Shown in pieces: positions 37,001-49,744 of a stretch of 64,000 nucleotides of DNA. The stretch comes from Rhodosorus marinus CCMP1338. Lineage: Eukaryota > Plantae > Rhodophyta. The DNA lies in the NCBI GenBank assembly GCA_029953675.1, contig JAMWBK010000002.1, positions 3,348,001 through 3,412,000 on the forward strand, in the 5' to 3' direction. The notes below the pieces were generated by a model, which had not been told where the DNA came from, searched no databases, and saw nothing but the letters and a program-made list of their open reading frames with translations. A program made the translations under genes and the position numbers. Position 1 is the stretch's first letter. Every line of letters starts with the position of its first letter.

Positions 37001-40000
37001 TTACTCTCGTTCTGGGGTTGGCGCAAGCCGCTCACCGTTAGATTGTACGGATTCCGCGACTGTCTCGGATGTTCCATTGCCCAGTGCACGGTTCTGCTTC
37101 CCTTTCGATGCCTTCGATTCTCTGGAAAACCTGGAGCCATTCCGCTGATTTTTAGCTATCCCATCAGAGGCCCCAAACGAGGAGCTTTCTTCTGCTCTTG
37201 GACTCGAATTGAAAGGGAAGGTGGAGGTTCCAGAATTTGTTGGATTCGGTGCCGTTGCACTGGAATTACTCCCACTAGAGCGCTTGCCGTTTGGAGATGG
37301 TTCCGCGGTAGCTGCTCTGTTGCTGTTGCCCCGCACAATCTGCATTCCAATGTAGAGTACGTCCCGTAGCATCCGCGCGAATAAACGCGAAACGATGTTG
37401 GCGATAATTATTCCGGTGTACAAGAGGATAAGCGGCGTTAGGCGCAATATCGTCGGTACGTTGAGCCGGAGCAGCTTTCTGAGTAGCTGCAGCAACCTTT
37501 TTCGGTTCTCCTTCAGTTTGATCATGTAGACTGCGTCGGTACATGCTCCAATACACCTTGCGGGAGGTCTCAGCCTAGACGGCAGGACCATAGATTCAAT
37601 CCCATCCAGCACTCTGGTCACAATGATTTAAAAAGCGCTCGGAGGTGAGCACTTGCACTCCAGGAGTTCGTGTCCCTGATCATCGAGATCGGAAGAGCTT
37701 ACCTTTGAAATCTGAAATTAAGGTCATCCAAAAGCTGTGACTTCAGCATTTGTCGAAACTGTCTGCCACCAGGAGACGTTATGAAGTCCACGACCGTGTG
37801 GGGTTTGGATATGGTGTTGATCGGCGTCCCTACGCCTTCATCTTCAAGTATGTGCACATCCTCGTCAGCATCATTGACCATGTCCGTCAGCCGGTTCCAT
37901 CGAATGGATCCCTCCCGGTCAACAACCATTTCGGTCAACGCCGCCTTCAAGGTCGGGTTTTCTCCGTACAGAACTCTGTTGACCACGTAAGGATATATCA
38001 GGCGGAAAATACGAAAATCAGGGTCCGCAGTGAGGGCTAAGCCTTCTAGAGTGGCCAAGGCCCTCATGTTACTGACAAAGTACGAAGGTAGTACTAGTGG
38101 AAATTGGTTCGCGAGGGAAAGCAGCTTTTCGGTGATACCGATAAACGTGAAATTCTGGGTCCCTCCACTAACAAGCGGCTCAAACTCGTCCATCAGCGCT
38201 TTGGAGAACTCTGCGAGTTCCAAATCCATTTCGTACGCCTGGATGATCGACATACTTGCGAAGTCCTCGGCGAGAAGTTCGTATTCCCTGTTGATCAGAT
38301 GCAGGATCGTAATTAGGAAGGAATCCCGGACGTTGTCCGGTATCGTTGACATCAGTCCAAAATCGAGATACGCCAGCTGGCCATCTTGGGTCCGAATGAG
38401 ATTGCCAGCGTGGGGATCCGCATGCAGGAAACCAACGTCCAGCATCTGCGTCAGACAGCAGCGAATTCCCGCCTCGACTAGGGGAACATCTTGAAGCTTG
38501 ACCGAAGCACTGTCGGTGATCAATCGCTGCCCCTCAACCCACTCCATCGTAAGCACATGCGCTGTCGAGTACTTGGTGAACACCTTGCAATTCCACCAAG
38601 CCAAAGAAAAAGGCTAAACAATCCTTCCTCACACGTTTGGACAGACAACTCGGCCCTACCTTTGGAACGTAGATTCCCTTAATATTTCCATAAAGGAGTT
38701 TGAATTGGGCCATATTCTTGCTTTCGCGGACATAGTCAAGCTCCTCGAATAGTCGAAGTCCGAAATCGTCAACTAGCAAAGCAGGATCCGATTTACTCCT
38801 CGTGTACGTCCGAACAAGCTTGGCCATGGCACGAAGTAGGAAAAAGTCAAGTGCAATTACATCGGCCATGCCCGGTCGCTGCACCTTCACAGCTATTGGG
38901 ACTCCTTCGAGTTCCGCTTTGTACACCTTATCGGGGGGGACGAATTACGAATTCACACGTCAACCTCACTAGATCGCTCGTCTTATTGTGAGGCTCCACC
39001 ACGGTCGTTACTGCATAGGCTCGTACTGAGGCAAGAAAATAAAATCCCTACCTGGCCCAAGCTCGCTGCGCAAATTGGCGTCTTGGTGAGGTTTTGAAAT
39101 ATTCGGTCTGGATCAGCTCCCAACTCCTCTCGAACGAACTGAAAGGCTGCATCATTTCCGAAGAATGGTATATCGTCTTGCAGCCGCTGAAACTCTCTCA
39201 TCAGTCGCGGGCCAACGATATCTGGACGGCTCGCAAGAAGTTGTCCAAACTTAACGAAAGCAGGACCCAGCCTACTAAGTGCGGTTCGCATCATTGCAGC
39301 GCGTCTTTGATACCTCCAGTCCCAGTACTCCTTTTCCTTCCTAAGCCTTTCTTCCAAGGTTTCTCGTTGTTGTACCTTATGGGTGCAATGCGTTGGTTAG
39401 TGTGAGCTGCTTTGTCTATGAAGCGCGGACTTGTCAAATGGTAAAATCTGCAAAGAAGTTTGAAATGATACTTACAGGCAGCTGGATTCCAACTTTTCGC
39501 ATAACCTTTCTCGCTCTGTGTTGATAAGCCCTTAGATCCTTCGACAAATTGAAGTTGAAATTGTCCCAGAAAGCCCCGACGCCTAGTTGAAGTGCTTCGA
39601 ACCCAATTTGAAATGATCGGAAGGCGACCTGAAGCAAATGGTATACGAAGTTAGTTTGAGTATTCTAGGCTTGGCCGAAAAGGTATGGATCAAGAGATAA
39701 GATTGACTCAACAACAGATTCTATAAAGCAGAAACTTCTTCTCGGGAGCGAAGAGGAGTAGAATACCGTTTCTGGGCGCAGCTTGAAGTACTGTTCTATT
39801 TTCTCCGGGTCATATATCGTTGGTAGCTTCACTTTTCCCGATACACGGTCCGACCATCGGTTGGCGAAGATCACGTACAGGGCGACGAACGTCCCAACAC
39901 CAAGGCGACGGAAGAAAAACGTGATTTCGTCAACTTCTCTGACTGCCCAGTCCTCGTCATAAATGGCTTCCTTATAGGCTTCCTCATCAACCTTTATCTG

Positions 40001-40445
40001 GAACTTCCATCCCTAAGAGAGGAAACAAAGCCAGCATTGATCGTGAGCTAGGATCAGACCCAGGGGCATCCCAATCGTAATCAACCAATACGGTGGCGAA
40101 ATAGGCTGCATACCTCTTCGCCAAGGATTGAGTCTTGGACGTAAGCATCAATATCTCTCTGAATATCTCTGATCGGCTCATCATATGACTGCCTCGATTT
40201 CTCGATATTGTCCATGAAGGGTACTACTGCAAAGTCACCATTGATGAGCATCGATACCTGCTCAGTTAATAGGATAGCACAGTATGGTCTCAGCGTTTCT
40301 ATGAATCAGCGAGTTGCACAACCAGTCCTTGGGAAGGTTGAAATCGGCTTACCCTTTGCCGGTACCCGCGCCTGTGGGTTCCGACATTCTGGGCGCGTAA
40401 TTTTGAGCCGACTCCCGCCACAAATCCGAGGCTTGCACAACCCAT
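37001..40445 (-). CDS. ABC1/UbiB atypical protein kinase (ABC1K), probably plastid/plastoglobule, multi-exon
   Basis: Transit peptide MGCASLGFVAGVG. Motifs GPAFVKFGQLLASRPD, AASLGQVYKA, VAVKVQRP, EELDY, FLHADPHAGN and YLDFGL. The final exon boundary is uncertain (36817 or 37001). Confidence 0.9.
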
Positions 40446-41920
40446 TTCCCTATCCAGTTTATAACGTATACTGTAACGGAAAGAGAAATTGATCACGCCA
40501 TTGCTCGCTCCACATCACCAGCTCCTACATTCCCATCCCTGCAATCTAACAGGACCATTCGCTCGCTGCTAACAACCTTCAAACAACGCTGACCACCCGA
40601 ACTCCAAACACACGAAACCCTCGCATCTAATAAAGATCGGCGTCTAGTATCTTTGCCGAACAGCAGATTCAGATCTTCCCTAAGCGAGTCCGCCCCGCCC
40701 CCGGCGCCCCCCCCCCCACAATAAGCGCGAACCGACTCGTTCTCTATCTTTCACTACTGGAACACTCCAGGAAGAGCGATGTATGCAGAGAGAGAGAGAC
40801 CAGCTGACACGAACACGTCCACACCACACTGGAGCTCAACAGTAAAGCCTGAAAGCCCTACCAAAGGTCAAGCCAACCTCAACTTGTCGCACCTTGTTAG
40901 TCCCTGCAGAACTTTCCAGCAAAAATCAGACAAGACGAAAACTATGTCACCAAGCTCATGGAAGCCTCGCCAACCCTATCCCTTCTTCCCGACCACATTT
41001 GCTCATGTGCGTAACATCTCCACAACCGATTCCAGAAACCCAGATAAAATAATCTGGTTTTCTACATCCCAATCCACATCTCGCCAGTGAAAAACTTTCA
41101 TTTAAGGAAACCGCCCCGTCTCTGCGCCAAATACTAACCCCTATATTTTTGACATATCGAATATCTGCTATATAGAGTCTAACCCCTCTGGGTTGAGTGT
41201 ATTAAGTTTGTGTGATTTGGGGTCGGGTCAACTTGTTATTTGATTGCCCCAGAAGTTTTAGAACGGAAAATCGTAAGACCCTTGAAATCGAATTCCCCGC
41301 GTCTTCTTCGTGTCTAAAGGTGTGTTTTGCCAACAATACTGTTCTCCTTAATCGAAACTCAAACGGGGCACATATTCCGTAGCAATATATTTGGCCAGGC
41401 GGAGAGGGGCTTGGGAATTGCAATTGAGCCGTTTTGTTCTAAATGTTGAAAATAGGGAATGGGTGCTGGTAATGGAGAAATGTGACTTTGATTCTCAATG
41501 AGACACTGCGTACGGAAGAACAGTCCATTTTGAAGGTAACCCTGAACAATCTCTTGTTGGTGTTTTTTTGCTTTCGCAATTGTGCAGATCATTTTTCGGT
41601 GCCGGAGAAAACGGAAATTATAGTTTCCTGGCAAGTTGGCAAACCCTCATGATCACCAGTGAAGGGGATGAAATGTGCTCCGCTAAGTGGGCTAGGAAGA
41701 AGGCTGCTTAAGCGTTTCGAATCGAGACTCCAATTCTGACGATCGAGTTGTGCACGGGATTGGAAACACCGTCTGGTGAGATATTGCGCTTAGCGAGTTC
41801 TGGGTTAGTGTCTGAAGTGTGCCTAAGGTAGTAAAAATCCCCGTTGTCCCTGGAACCGTCATGGTTCTTGGGCGGGATCGCGAGACCTTTTTTTGAGCCA
41901 GGAAGCTTCTACGATAGGGT

Positions 41921-42580
41921 TTGGGGTTTCCTCCTGTGGTGAAGGCATGGCGATCTAACGTATCCAGACCCTTTGGTCGCGCAGGCCGAGCAGGAGCAGG
42001 TCATTGCTACAAAATGAGCTGCAGTTTCAACCGGAACGTGATAGTTCTTCTTGTGATGCTTGTGGAGTTCCACGGATCGGAAGCATGCCTAGCAAGATAC
42101 TACACACCTGAAAAGTTCGGGCGTGGGTCATTTCTCCTAAGTTTTCCTTATGCTGTTGCCATGGCATGCAGCGCTCTAGAATTTGCGTACTTCTGCTGGT
42201 CAAGAAGGATACAGTGGACATTCTGGATCGGCCTTACGATGTGTACCATCGGGGAAGCGATACGCAAGCTGGCTTGGGTAACCGCGCGAAACTCCTTCAC
42301 ACATCAAATCCAGAGGAAGCGAAGTGAGCACCATACCCTGGTGACCACAGGCATCTACGCCACGATGCGCCATCCAGGCTACTTGGGATGGTACGTATTC
42401 TTCGTTGGGACTCAGGTCATGATCTGCAATCCAATCTGTACTGTACTTTTCGTGGCACTTGGGCATAGGTTCTTCGTGTTGAGGATACCAATCGAAGAAC
42501 GGCATCTCATTGCCATGTTCGGGAATGGATATTCGAACTACAGAAAGCGGACGCCGACTTGGCTTCCCGGAATTCCTTGA
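41921..42580 (+). CDS. ICMT: Isoprenylcysteine carboxyl methyltransferase (STE14/ICMT); start uncertain
   Basis: GEAIRKLA..TA..SFTH, HTLVTTGIYATMRHPGYLGW, NPIC and RIPIEERHLIAMFG..Y..Y. Confidence 0.9.
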   Translation: MGFPPVVKAWRSNVSRPFGRAGRAGAGHCYKMSCSFNRNVIVLLVMLVEFHGSEACLARYYTPEKFGRGSFLLSFPYAVAMACSALEFAYFCWSRRIQWTFWIGLTMCTIGEAIRKLAWVTARNSFTHQIQRKRSEHHTLVTTGIYATMRHPGYLGWYVFFVGTQVMICNPICTVLFVALGHRFFVLRIPIEERHLIAMFGNGYSNYRKRTPTWLPGIP

Positions 42581-42698
42581 CCGAATACACACCCGTTCAG
42601 CTTCGCCAGCATTATCAATATCGCTCGGGTGGATCTTCATTGTGGACTCATCCGTGGCCTAACGACCGACCTCCAATCACGTGCAACCCTGCTCATTT

Positions 42699-44051
42699 TC
42701 ACGCGGCTTTTGGCTTCATGGGAAGCTCCGTGTTCCGCAGAATCGCATGATATTCGATCTTGTCAAAATAGGTACTCGGGGAAAGCTTGAGCTTGGCCGC
42801 TTTTGCCATATAGTCCCTATCAAGACATTGGTTCAAGAGATAAAGAGTTTGCAAAATTGCATCAGCACGGCTGCGAGGAGTTGGACTTTCAGGACCGCTA
42901 TCAACCCCGGACATACCTCACGTTTCTGCTGTAGAGCACTGGGTCTGTCTTTTCGTTCTCGGAAGGGACGTACAGAGGATGCAATTCGTACTCGACGTGG
43001 TTTTGCCATTGAGAAAGTAGCGAGATAATAAATGGAACCGCAAAAGGGCTCTCATAGGCAGGTGAGAAGCTTTCAAACGGATATCCTGGACAAAAAAGGT
43101 GAGGATTTAGCAAGATTGGAGTGGATGGGGTAGACTGAATCTATCATCCACTGGGAGAGTCCTGAAAACCACTGTGGTGAGCCATCGTACTTATTATTAC
43201 TGGCTGAACGGGAGTACCAGATACAAATCCACCAGTTTTGAAGGGCAACAGAAACTCGCCGTTCGACGTTGTGCCTTCCGGGAAGAGGTGGAGAGGTAGA
43301 ACCCTCTCTCCTCTCGCCAGGCATTCCTGGCGAGCTTGCACGAGCGATGTAGCATTGCCGCGTTCGTTTTTCAATCTGTCCACAAAAATCCCTTGTATGC
43401 CGGCTAGAATACGACCAACAAGCGGGATGGACCTCACAGCCTCCTTCGCAACAAAAGTCGGCATGTAGACGCTCATCATCAAGAAGATGTCAACAAGCGA
43501 GATGTGGTTTGACACAATTGTGCTATGCCGAGCCTTTTCCTCGTCATAACCGGGGATAACGATGCGCTTAACTTTATGGAAGCCGAGGCAGAAGAGAACC
43601 ATTCGCGCGAGAACCTGTCCGCTCTTCACGACGATCGCTTCCCTCCATACGGGGAGGATCGCCACTTCCAGGTCCTCATCGGAGAGCGGGGGACCAAAGA
43701 TCAGGACCACGAAATAGTATAGCAAGGAGAACCATAGAGCCCCTAGAAACCTGATGGTGATGACGGGTAGGAGAAGTGGATTCTGTTTTGTTGTTGTTGA
43801 ATAGCCGGAGAAATACCAGGTCAACAAATTGAACTACAAAAAGCAGCCCGCGTCGCGCATGGGCCATGCTTGCAGGTCCGAACGCACACGGCCTGAGAAA
43901 CCCCCAGCCTTGATTTTGCATGTTCGCTTACCAGGAACAGCTTTCTAGGATCTCTGCCATGGTCGTCCGATCTCCGAAAGGCGTCAAAGGCCGGGTCCAT
44001 CTCCTTCCTGGGTTCATAGTCTCGAGTCATGTTCTGTTCCGTTTTTCTCAT
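42699..44051 (-). CDS. Lysophospholipid acyltransferase (LPEAT/LPCAT-like, PlsC domain), multi-exon
   Basis: NHISLVD (HxxxxD), FVAK and FPEGTTSNG..LLPFKTGGF..G.PVQPV, with an N-terminal transmembrane helix. Confidence 0.87.
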
Positions 44052-44344
44052 CCTTACAGCTACAGGCGCTACTCATACTCCCCACAGTAAACGAGGAATA
44101 AAAAGAGTGTTATGAAGTCGTCCTCCCAAGTCCTGTCTACAAGTATAAGCTTTCTTGCTTATCTAATTTGGTTTGCACCGAACTGCGTTGGAATTTGCTC
44201 GACCTCTCCGTCCAACGGGCCCAAATAAACGAAATTCATAATCTGCACGTAAACTTCTGTGAATACAATACTGTTAGGGTTGTGCCAGGTGGGTTGAGGT
44301 TTTTTTGCTGTTTACGACCCAGAAGTGGTTAAACCCGCGAAAAC

Positions 44345-44664
44345 GGGGGGGTTTAAGGGGGGTGGGGGTGGGGTAAACAGCGAAAAACCACTTGGCACGA
44401 AATACTGCTGCCTAAATGGGGGGAGAGGTGATTTTGGGCTACTGGATAGGGTCCCCAAGTTCAGTCATTATTCTCCATGAACTCGATTCCATTCTTGGCA
44501 CCAGGTTTTGAATCTTGGACTTCGCATTGTTTAGAACTGCTCATAGGGAAGTTTCTGGCTTTTTTCACGGGCCTGTTTTCTTGGCTGATGGCATGCGTGT
44601 AATGGCTAGTGTTGTCGATGTCGTCTAAGGCCGGTGGGGAGGTGGGTAAGGGGGGTGAAGGGGG
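44345..44664 (+). other. Two G-quadruplex-forming motifs in the intergenic region upstream of the acyltransferase gene
   Basis: G7-TTTAA-G6-T-G5-T-G4 at 44345-44373 and four G-runs of 3 or more at 44636-44664. Confidence 0.45.
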
Positions 44665-44760
44665 CTTGCCTAAGTATGGAGAGATAGCTGGTCTTGTGAG
44701 AGCTGATATTTAACGTCAACCGGGGGGGGCAGGGATAGAAGCACTAACCAAGAAACAGTC

Positions 44761-46016
44761 CTAGTATACAAAGGGTAGAATCCTGTACGGGACTAGCTTG
44801 CAATATTCCTTCCACATCAAGCCGTACTTTTCATCGCAACGGTGCTCATCCCTTCGCTCACGGTGAAGAAGAAGTAGCAGGAGGTACAAGAAATAGAAAT
44901 AAGCTCTGCCGGAAATGAGGCCACACGGCAGACACAAACTGAGAGCAACGACTAAGTCGCCAAGGTAGTTTATGTGCCTCGCTTGTCCCCAGTAGCCAGA
45001 TGCAAGAAGTCTCCCTGCTACTGTAATCGGAGGCTTTCCCCATATTGGTTTGCTTGCATCCAGTTTAAACTGATGCTTCTGGGAGTTTGTCCCGCGGAAG
45101 ATGGTATATCCCACCAGAAAGAGGAAGACAATTGAAATCGCCGCGGCGATCGAGATATCCTCTGCGTTATTGTACAAGAAAACGTTTTGCACGCTAAAGG
45201 CCAGCGGGATGAAACAGTAGTCCGCCCACACTAGCATGAAGCCAAAATTCTCTGCAATGATATCCCAAGTTGTTATCATACGATCTTCGTAGACGAAGTA
45301 ATCCACGATATAGAAGTTGGCGACCAGTTGGTACGCTATCATGCGATTTGTGAACAAGGAGAGTGTCTGAAACTGCTTAAAAAGAAAGCTCAGGTTCACC
45401 AGGAGCCATCCGCACATCCTGAAAATCGTGCAATCGTCCGCTTCTGAGCAAACCAGTTTCTAGCTTTGTGCAGAGTTTGGAAGGATACTTACGCGGGGCG
45501 GTACGAAAAGAACTTCAAATTCACTCCAAGAAGATGGGGATTCAATTCGCTCCCGAGCACAAAATCTCTGATGAGGGAACGGATTGTGTGCACCGGTTGC
45601 TGCTCTCCCAGGTATCCTGCTGAGATGAACAGGTACAAAGAGAGTACAATAGCGAACAGACTCCCCGACGCCCAGAGATCAACTACATGATCGGCGATGT
45701 ACGAACCATCTATTGCACCGCTGTATGAAGCCAAGGAAAGGCCCAGAACAGTTACCCCGGAAACCAATAAGCCGTTGGGCTTGTAGATAAGGCTCGTTCC
45801 ATCTTCGAGCTTTGTACCTTGGACTTTTTTGCCGGGCAGAATTTCCGACAGAAACGCCGTTAACAGGACGAAAGAACAGATTGCGGAAAAGCTCGAAACG
45901 GTCGGTTTTGGAATCGCGTCGATCACATCACGAGCAGTTCCGGGAAGGCTCACGTCTGCAAAGAACAAGCTCAAACACAACGCCCAGATCAGGGAATAAA
46001 TCACAGCAAAAGACAT
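44761..46016 (-). CDS. ERG24: Delta-14 sterol reductase (ERG24/FACKEL type), 2 exons
   Basis: EILPGKKVQG..L.DG..L.YK.NGL, LNPHLLGVNLKFF, TTWDIIAENFGFMLV, LLASGYWG.ARH.NYLGD and RERRDE.RC..KYG..W..YC..VPYRILP. Confidence 0.92.
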
Positions 46017-47629
46017 CTCGAGCAGAGACCTTTCACACCGCCCTCTATCCTTGTTGTTCCCACTCAAAGCAGCCCGTCCCCGCCCGAATTTTCCCACCGA
46101 CAATCAGCGATTGCTCCCACCCGCCTGAATCAAGGAATTGTACTTGTTGATCTTTTTGAGTTCAATAGACCCGAACGACATTGGTCATTCTGCCATAATG
46201 ACCAGCCCATCGCAATGAATTCATCTTCTTGTGTATCAAACGCCATTCCAGGTTCTCGCTCGCTCGATTGGTAGATTACACATGCCTTCCCTTTGAGATT
46301 ATTTCTTCGGAAAAAGGCTCCGGGAGCCCCGTGTTCCACAGAGTGAGAAATTTACTCAAAATCGGCAAGTACCGTCCTGTATTCAATTTTTCCAAAAGCC
46401 TAATCGCGAGTCTCAGAAAAATTTGACGAGGAGTGAACCAAGTCCCTCAACTGGAAAATCCCAGCCAGGCTGACGACTAGATAGAGGACTGACAAGAGTT
46501 GTAGGTCCCTACCCTTGTGCTCAGGGATTCCTTGGCGTTTTTGAACGACTTCGCTGCCTTTTCGAGGATGGGGGTGATTTACTCGCAGTGGGTGTGGTCG
46601 CAGGCGGGGGCAGTCTATGAAACTATGAATCAGCTATCGATGCTCAACTGATTCATTGAATGAGATGATCCGCTAATCATCCTAACTGACAATCCTTTCC
46701 GGCCCAATACGTCTCCTATGATTCGATAGCGGTAAGAATCACAGTCCCTGCTAATGCGCGGCTCAGACGGACACACGGCACCTAACCTGCCCTCCAAGCA
46801 TTCCTTCCCTCGCTGAAAGCATCCAGAGTAGAGTTGAAAGGGGCCAACGATCGGAGCAATTACTATTGATATCTCCAACGGCTCATTGACTCTGTCGCAC
46901 GAAGATTATAGAGCTTGTCAGACTATCACTCGCATAGTTGATCCACCGGACAGTGTATGCACAAAACTAACGGAGTGGCTAATCTCCGAATTAGAGAGTC
47001 GGGGAGTTTATAAACCCTCGCTTTCCGAGTAGGTTAAACGGGGGACAAAATCTCACCCAAATTCCCGAAATTCCGAAATCTGGGTTTGATCCATGCGCTC
47101 TCCTATGACGTAAAATGTGGTCATCAGCCCTTGCACCCCCGTTTCTCTACCATCTCAGCTCCAGTTGATAGATGGTCAGCTCAGAGGCACACAGCTTTGG
47201 CTTTTACTTATGGGTGTCGCTCCAGCACTTTTAGCATGGCGTTGGATTGATGTGATTGGCGAGAATACATGGATTCAACGCGTTTTATAGGTTAAATAAT
47301 GTGGTTTTATATTATAATTTGCAATAAAGTTTTCGGAAACACCTAAATTTCAGAACTGTAATAGGATACGAGAAGATGAATATACGTAAAATTCTACGAG
47401 AAGGATAATTTTACTTTTTGCAGAGGATCGATGAACTAATTTCCTTTTACTTACCCATGAGGAAGGGACTGTGGGGACATCTTTCTTGGCGATGAGAACG
47501 GAGCAGTCGTGGAGGCAGGCTGCCAAGGCGAAAGAGTGTTGGTTCGATGCTTCTATTGGTCGATTTTGAATTGGATTTAGATTAGAGTTAACGGCTTAGC
47601 TGTGTGTGGTTGACTTGATCCAATATTGT

Positions 47630-48391
47630 ATGAAGTTGGAAGATCTCCCAAGCCATGTGCTCTCTCGGATTTTTCTGTGCTTGGATGCTGAGAGCCTGGC
47701 GAAACTGCAGTTGCTGGATAGCAGATGGAACGAGTTGGCAGGTAGCAACGAGCTCTGGAGGATGATGTTAAAAAAACGGTTTCATGTGCAATCCGTCAAT
47801 AACAAGCATTTGATGAATACGGGCGCGGTTGAATGGAAGAATGTCTTCAGCAACTGGGTATCAATTCGGAGGATGCCCTCTTCTCCTTTTTCTGGCCAGC
47901 GATTTCCCGTGCTAGGCCGGAACGCGGATACTGATGTGTATATCTGGCTTACAATACGCCCTTCTGAAGACTGTCACGTTTCAAGCGGGCATCTGAATCT
48001 GCGGCTGATTATTCAAAATGTAATGGCCGCACCGTTGACATTTGAATCTTCTGGGATATCTTTCACTCTGAAAGACGGACAGCCGCCTGCAGAACGATCG
48101 ATCTCAGACCTCGGGCTTTACAAATCCAGCTGTACCGGAGATGTGAATCCACCGGAGCTAACGAAGTACCCTCTTCTGGAAGAGTACGACTTCATTATAT
48201 ACAATTGTCAAGTGAGGGCCCCTCCTGACGCCGTTATTGAACCCGATGCACTTGAGAGATTCTCAGAGGTGCAGATACCAGCGAGAGAGCACAAGACCAA
48301 GTCCCATCGATTGTACAGATGTGAATTTGTGGAAAGCGAAATATGGAAGCACTACGAATGTCTCCCAGGCGGGTTTTGGGTCTTCACCTAG
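47630..48391 (+). CDS. F-box protein, intronless, 253 aa
   Basis: N-terminal LEDLPSHVLSRIFLCLDAESLAKLQLLDSRW...LWR is an F-box pattern. The C-terminal domain is not recognised. Confidence 0.8.
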   Translation: MKLEDLPSHVLSRIFLCLDAESLAKLQLLDSRWNELAGSNELWRMMLKKRFHVQSVNNKHLMNTGAVEWKNVFSNWVSIRRMPSSPFSGQRFPVLGRNADTDVYIWLTIRPSEDCHVSSGHLNLRLIIQNVMAAPLTFESSGISFTLKDGQPPAERSISDLGLYKSSCTGDVNPPELTKYPLLEEYDFIIYNCQVRAPPDAVIEPDALERFSEVQIPAREHKTKSHRLYRCEFVESEIWKHYECLPGGFWVFT

Positions 48392-48510
48392 GCGATAAAG
48401 AGGCTGCTGAAACCGTATGGAAGAGGATTTCGGCAAAGAAATTCAGAAGCCTGCGGTTCCTGTATATGCGGAACCAGTTTTCAAACGGGAAGAGAATCGT
48501 CTACCATTTC

Positions 48511-48894
48511 TTAAAATGCTAATGTAGATAGCCTCCCACCTTTTGTGCATAAACATGAGTCACATGCAAATCTTGATCTGCTTTTGGGACGACCAAAACC
48601 CTGAAGCCAGCGTTTTGCAATACATCGGCAGGTTCATCGGAATCGGTTTGGTCAGTGCCAGTGATATGAACAGATGTCCCATCCGTAGAAGCAAGAGGGT
48701 ATCTCTCTTACTTCAAATGCTCTTTCAGGTCTTAAGCGGTCACATAATCCACAGCTGGGAGCATCAGTCGCGTCCTCCGCAACCACTAAATACTGCATAG
48801 CGTAGGCGAAACAAAACCATAAGCGCAGTACCTACAAACTACCGCTCACTCCTCGGAGATCGTCCCCACCAACTCCCTCCAGTTGAAGTCCCAT
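48511..48894 (-). CDS. Putative 3-exon 71-aa Cys-rich microprotein (CxxC-x22-CxxC)
   Basis: Exons 48894-48850, 48792-48712 and 48600-48511, with GTGAGC and GTAAGA donors and CAG acceptors, all phase 0. Not in the ORF track. Confidence 0.35.
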
Positions 48895-49744
48895 TTTTCC
48901 TATTCCTTGGAGGTAAAATTGTATATGTATATACTCTGTTATATATATATTTTTGGTATCAATTAAACAAATGAGTACAGAACTAATTTGTTTAATTGAT
49001 ACAATATATAACTCAAAAAACAATATTCACTCTGTTATTTTGATAAAATAATCAATATCAGAGGTTGTTTTTCTTTTATTTTTGACATTTGCGGGCTCGG
49101 GTGTTCGGATTTGGGGTTACTTTCCGTGCTGGTGTTGCATATACTACATGTATCCTGGACGGAGGCAGGAAGCTGCTATATAGAAGGCAGATGTTTCGAA
49201 TTGACCCGAGCTTGTGTTCATTTTCCTCCCATTTTGTGCTTTTATTATTTATCTTCGTTGAAGCTTTGGTTCTGCTGGAGGAGAGCTTCTTCTGAGAGGG
49301 ATTTGAAAGTGACTATCTATAGATAAGCGCTGGTTGTTGGTTGTAGAGCTGGCGGGGTTTAGTGGTTGACTCTTTTTGGGTGAGTGTTGTTCTCAATTTG
49401 AGGTTGTTATTTGTATCGAGGGGAACAGGCTTGAAGGAGCTTCAGGAATCGGTTGGAGTGTATTGTGCCCGACGTAGCCAGATTCTTTTTTAAGGCCGAA
49501 TAGGAAATATTGGCCCTCCGTCGGATGTCGTGCTGTTTTGTACTGGGCCTTTTCCAGTTCAATTTCTGTTGAGATTCTTATCCGGACGCTTTCCTTGCCT
49601 GCCAGGCTTTGCCAGGGTTGGATCATGGGCTCACCTTCTTGATTTCATACTCCGGACTACGAACTATTCGTTTGAATGCCTTAGATTCAGTGCCGGGAGC
49701 GACCTCAGCATTGGTCAGGAGCAAGCTTCTTTGGATAGGGAAGG

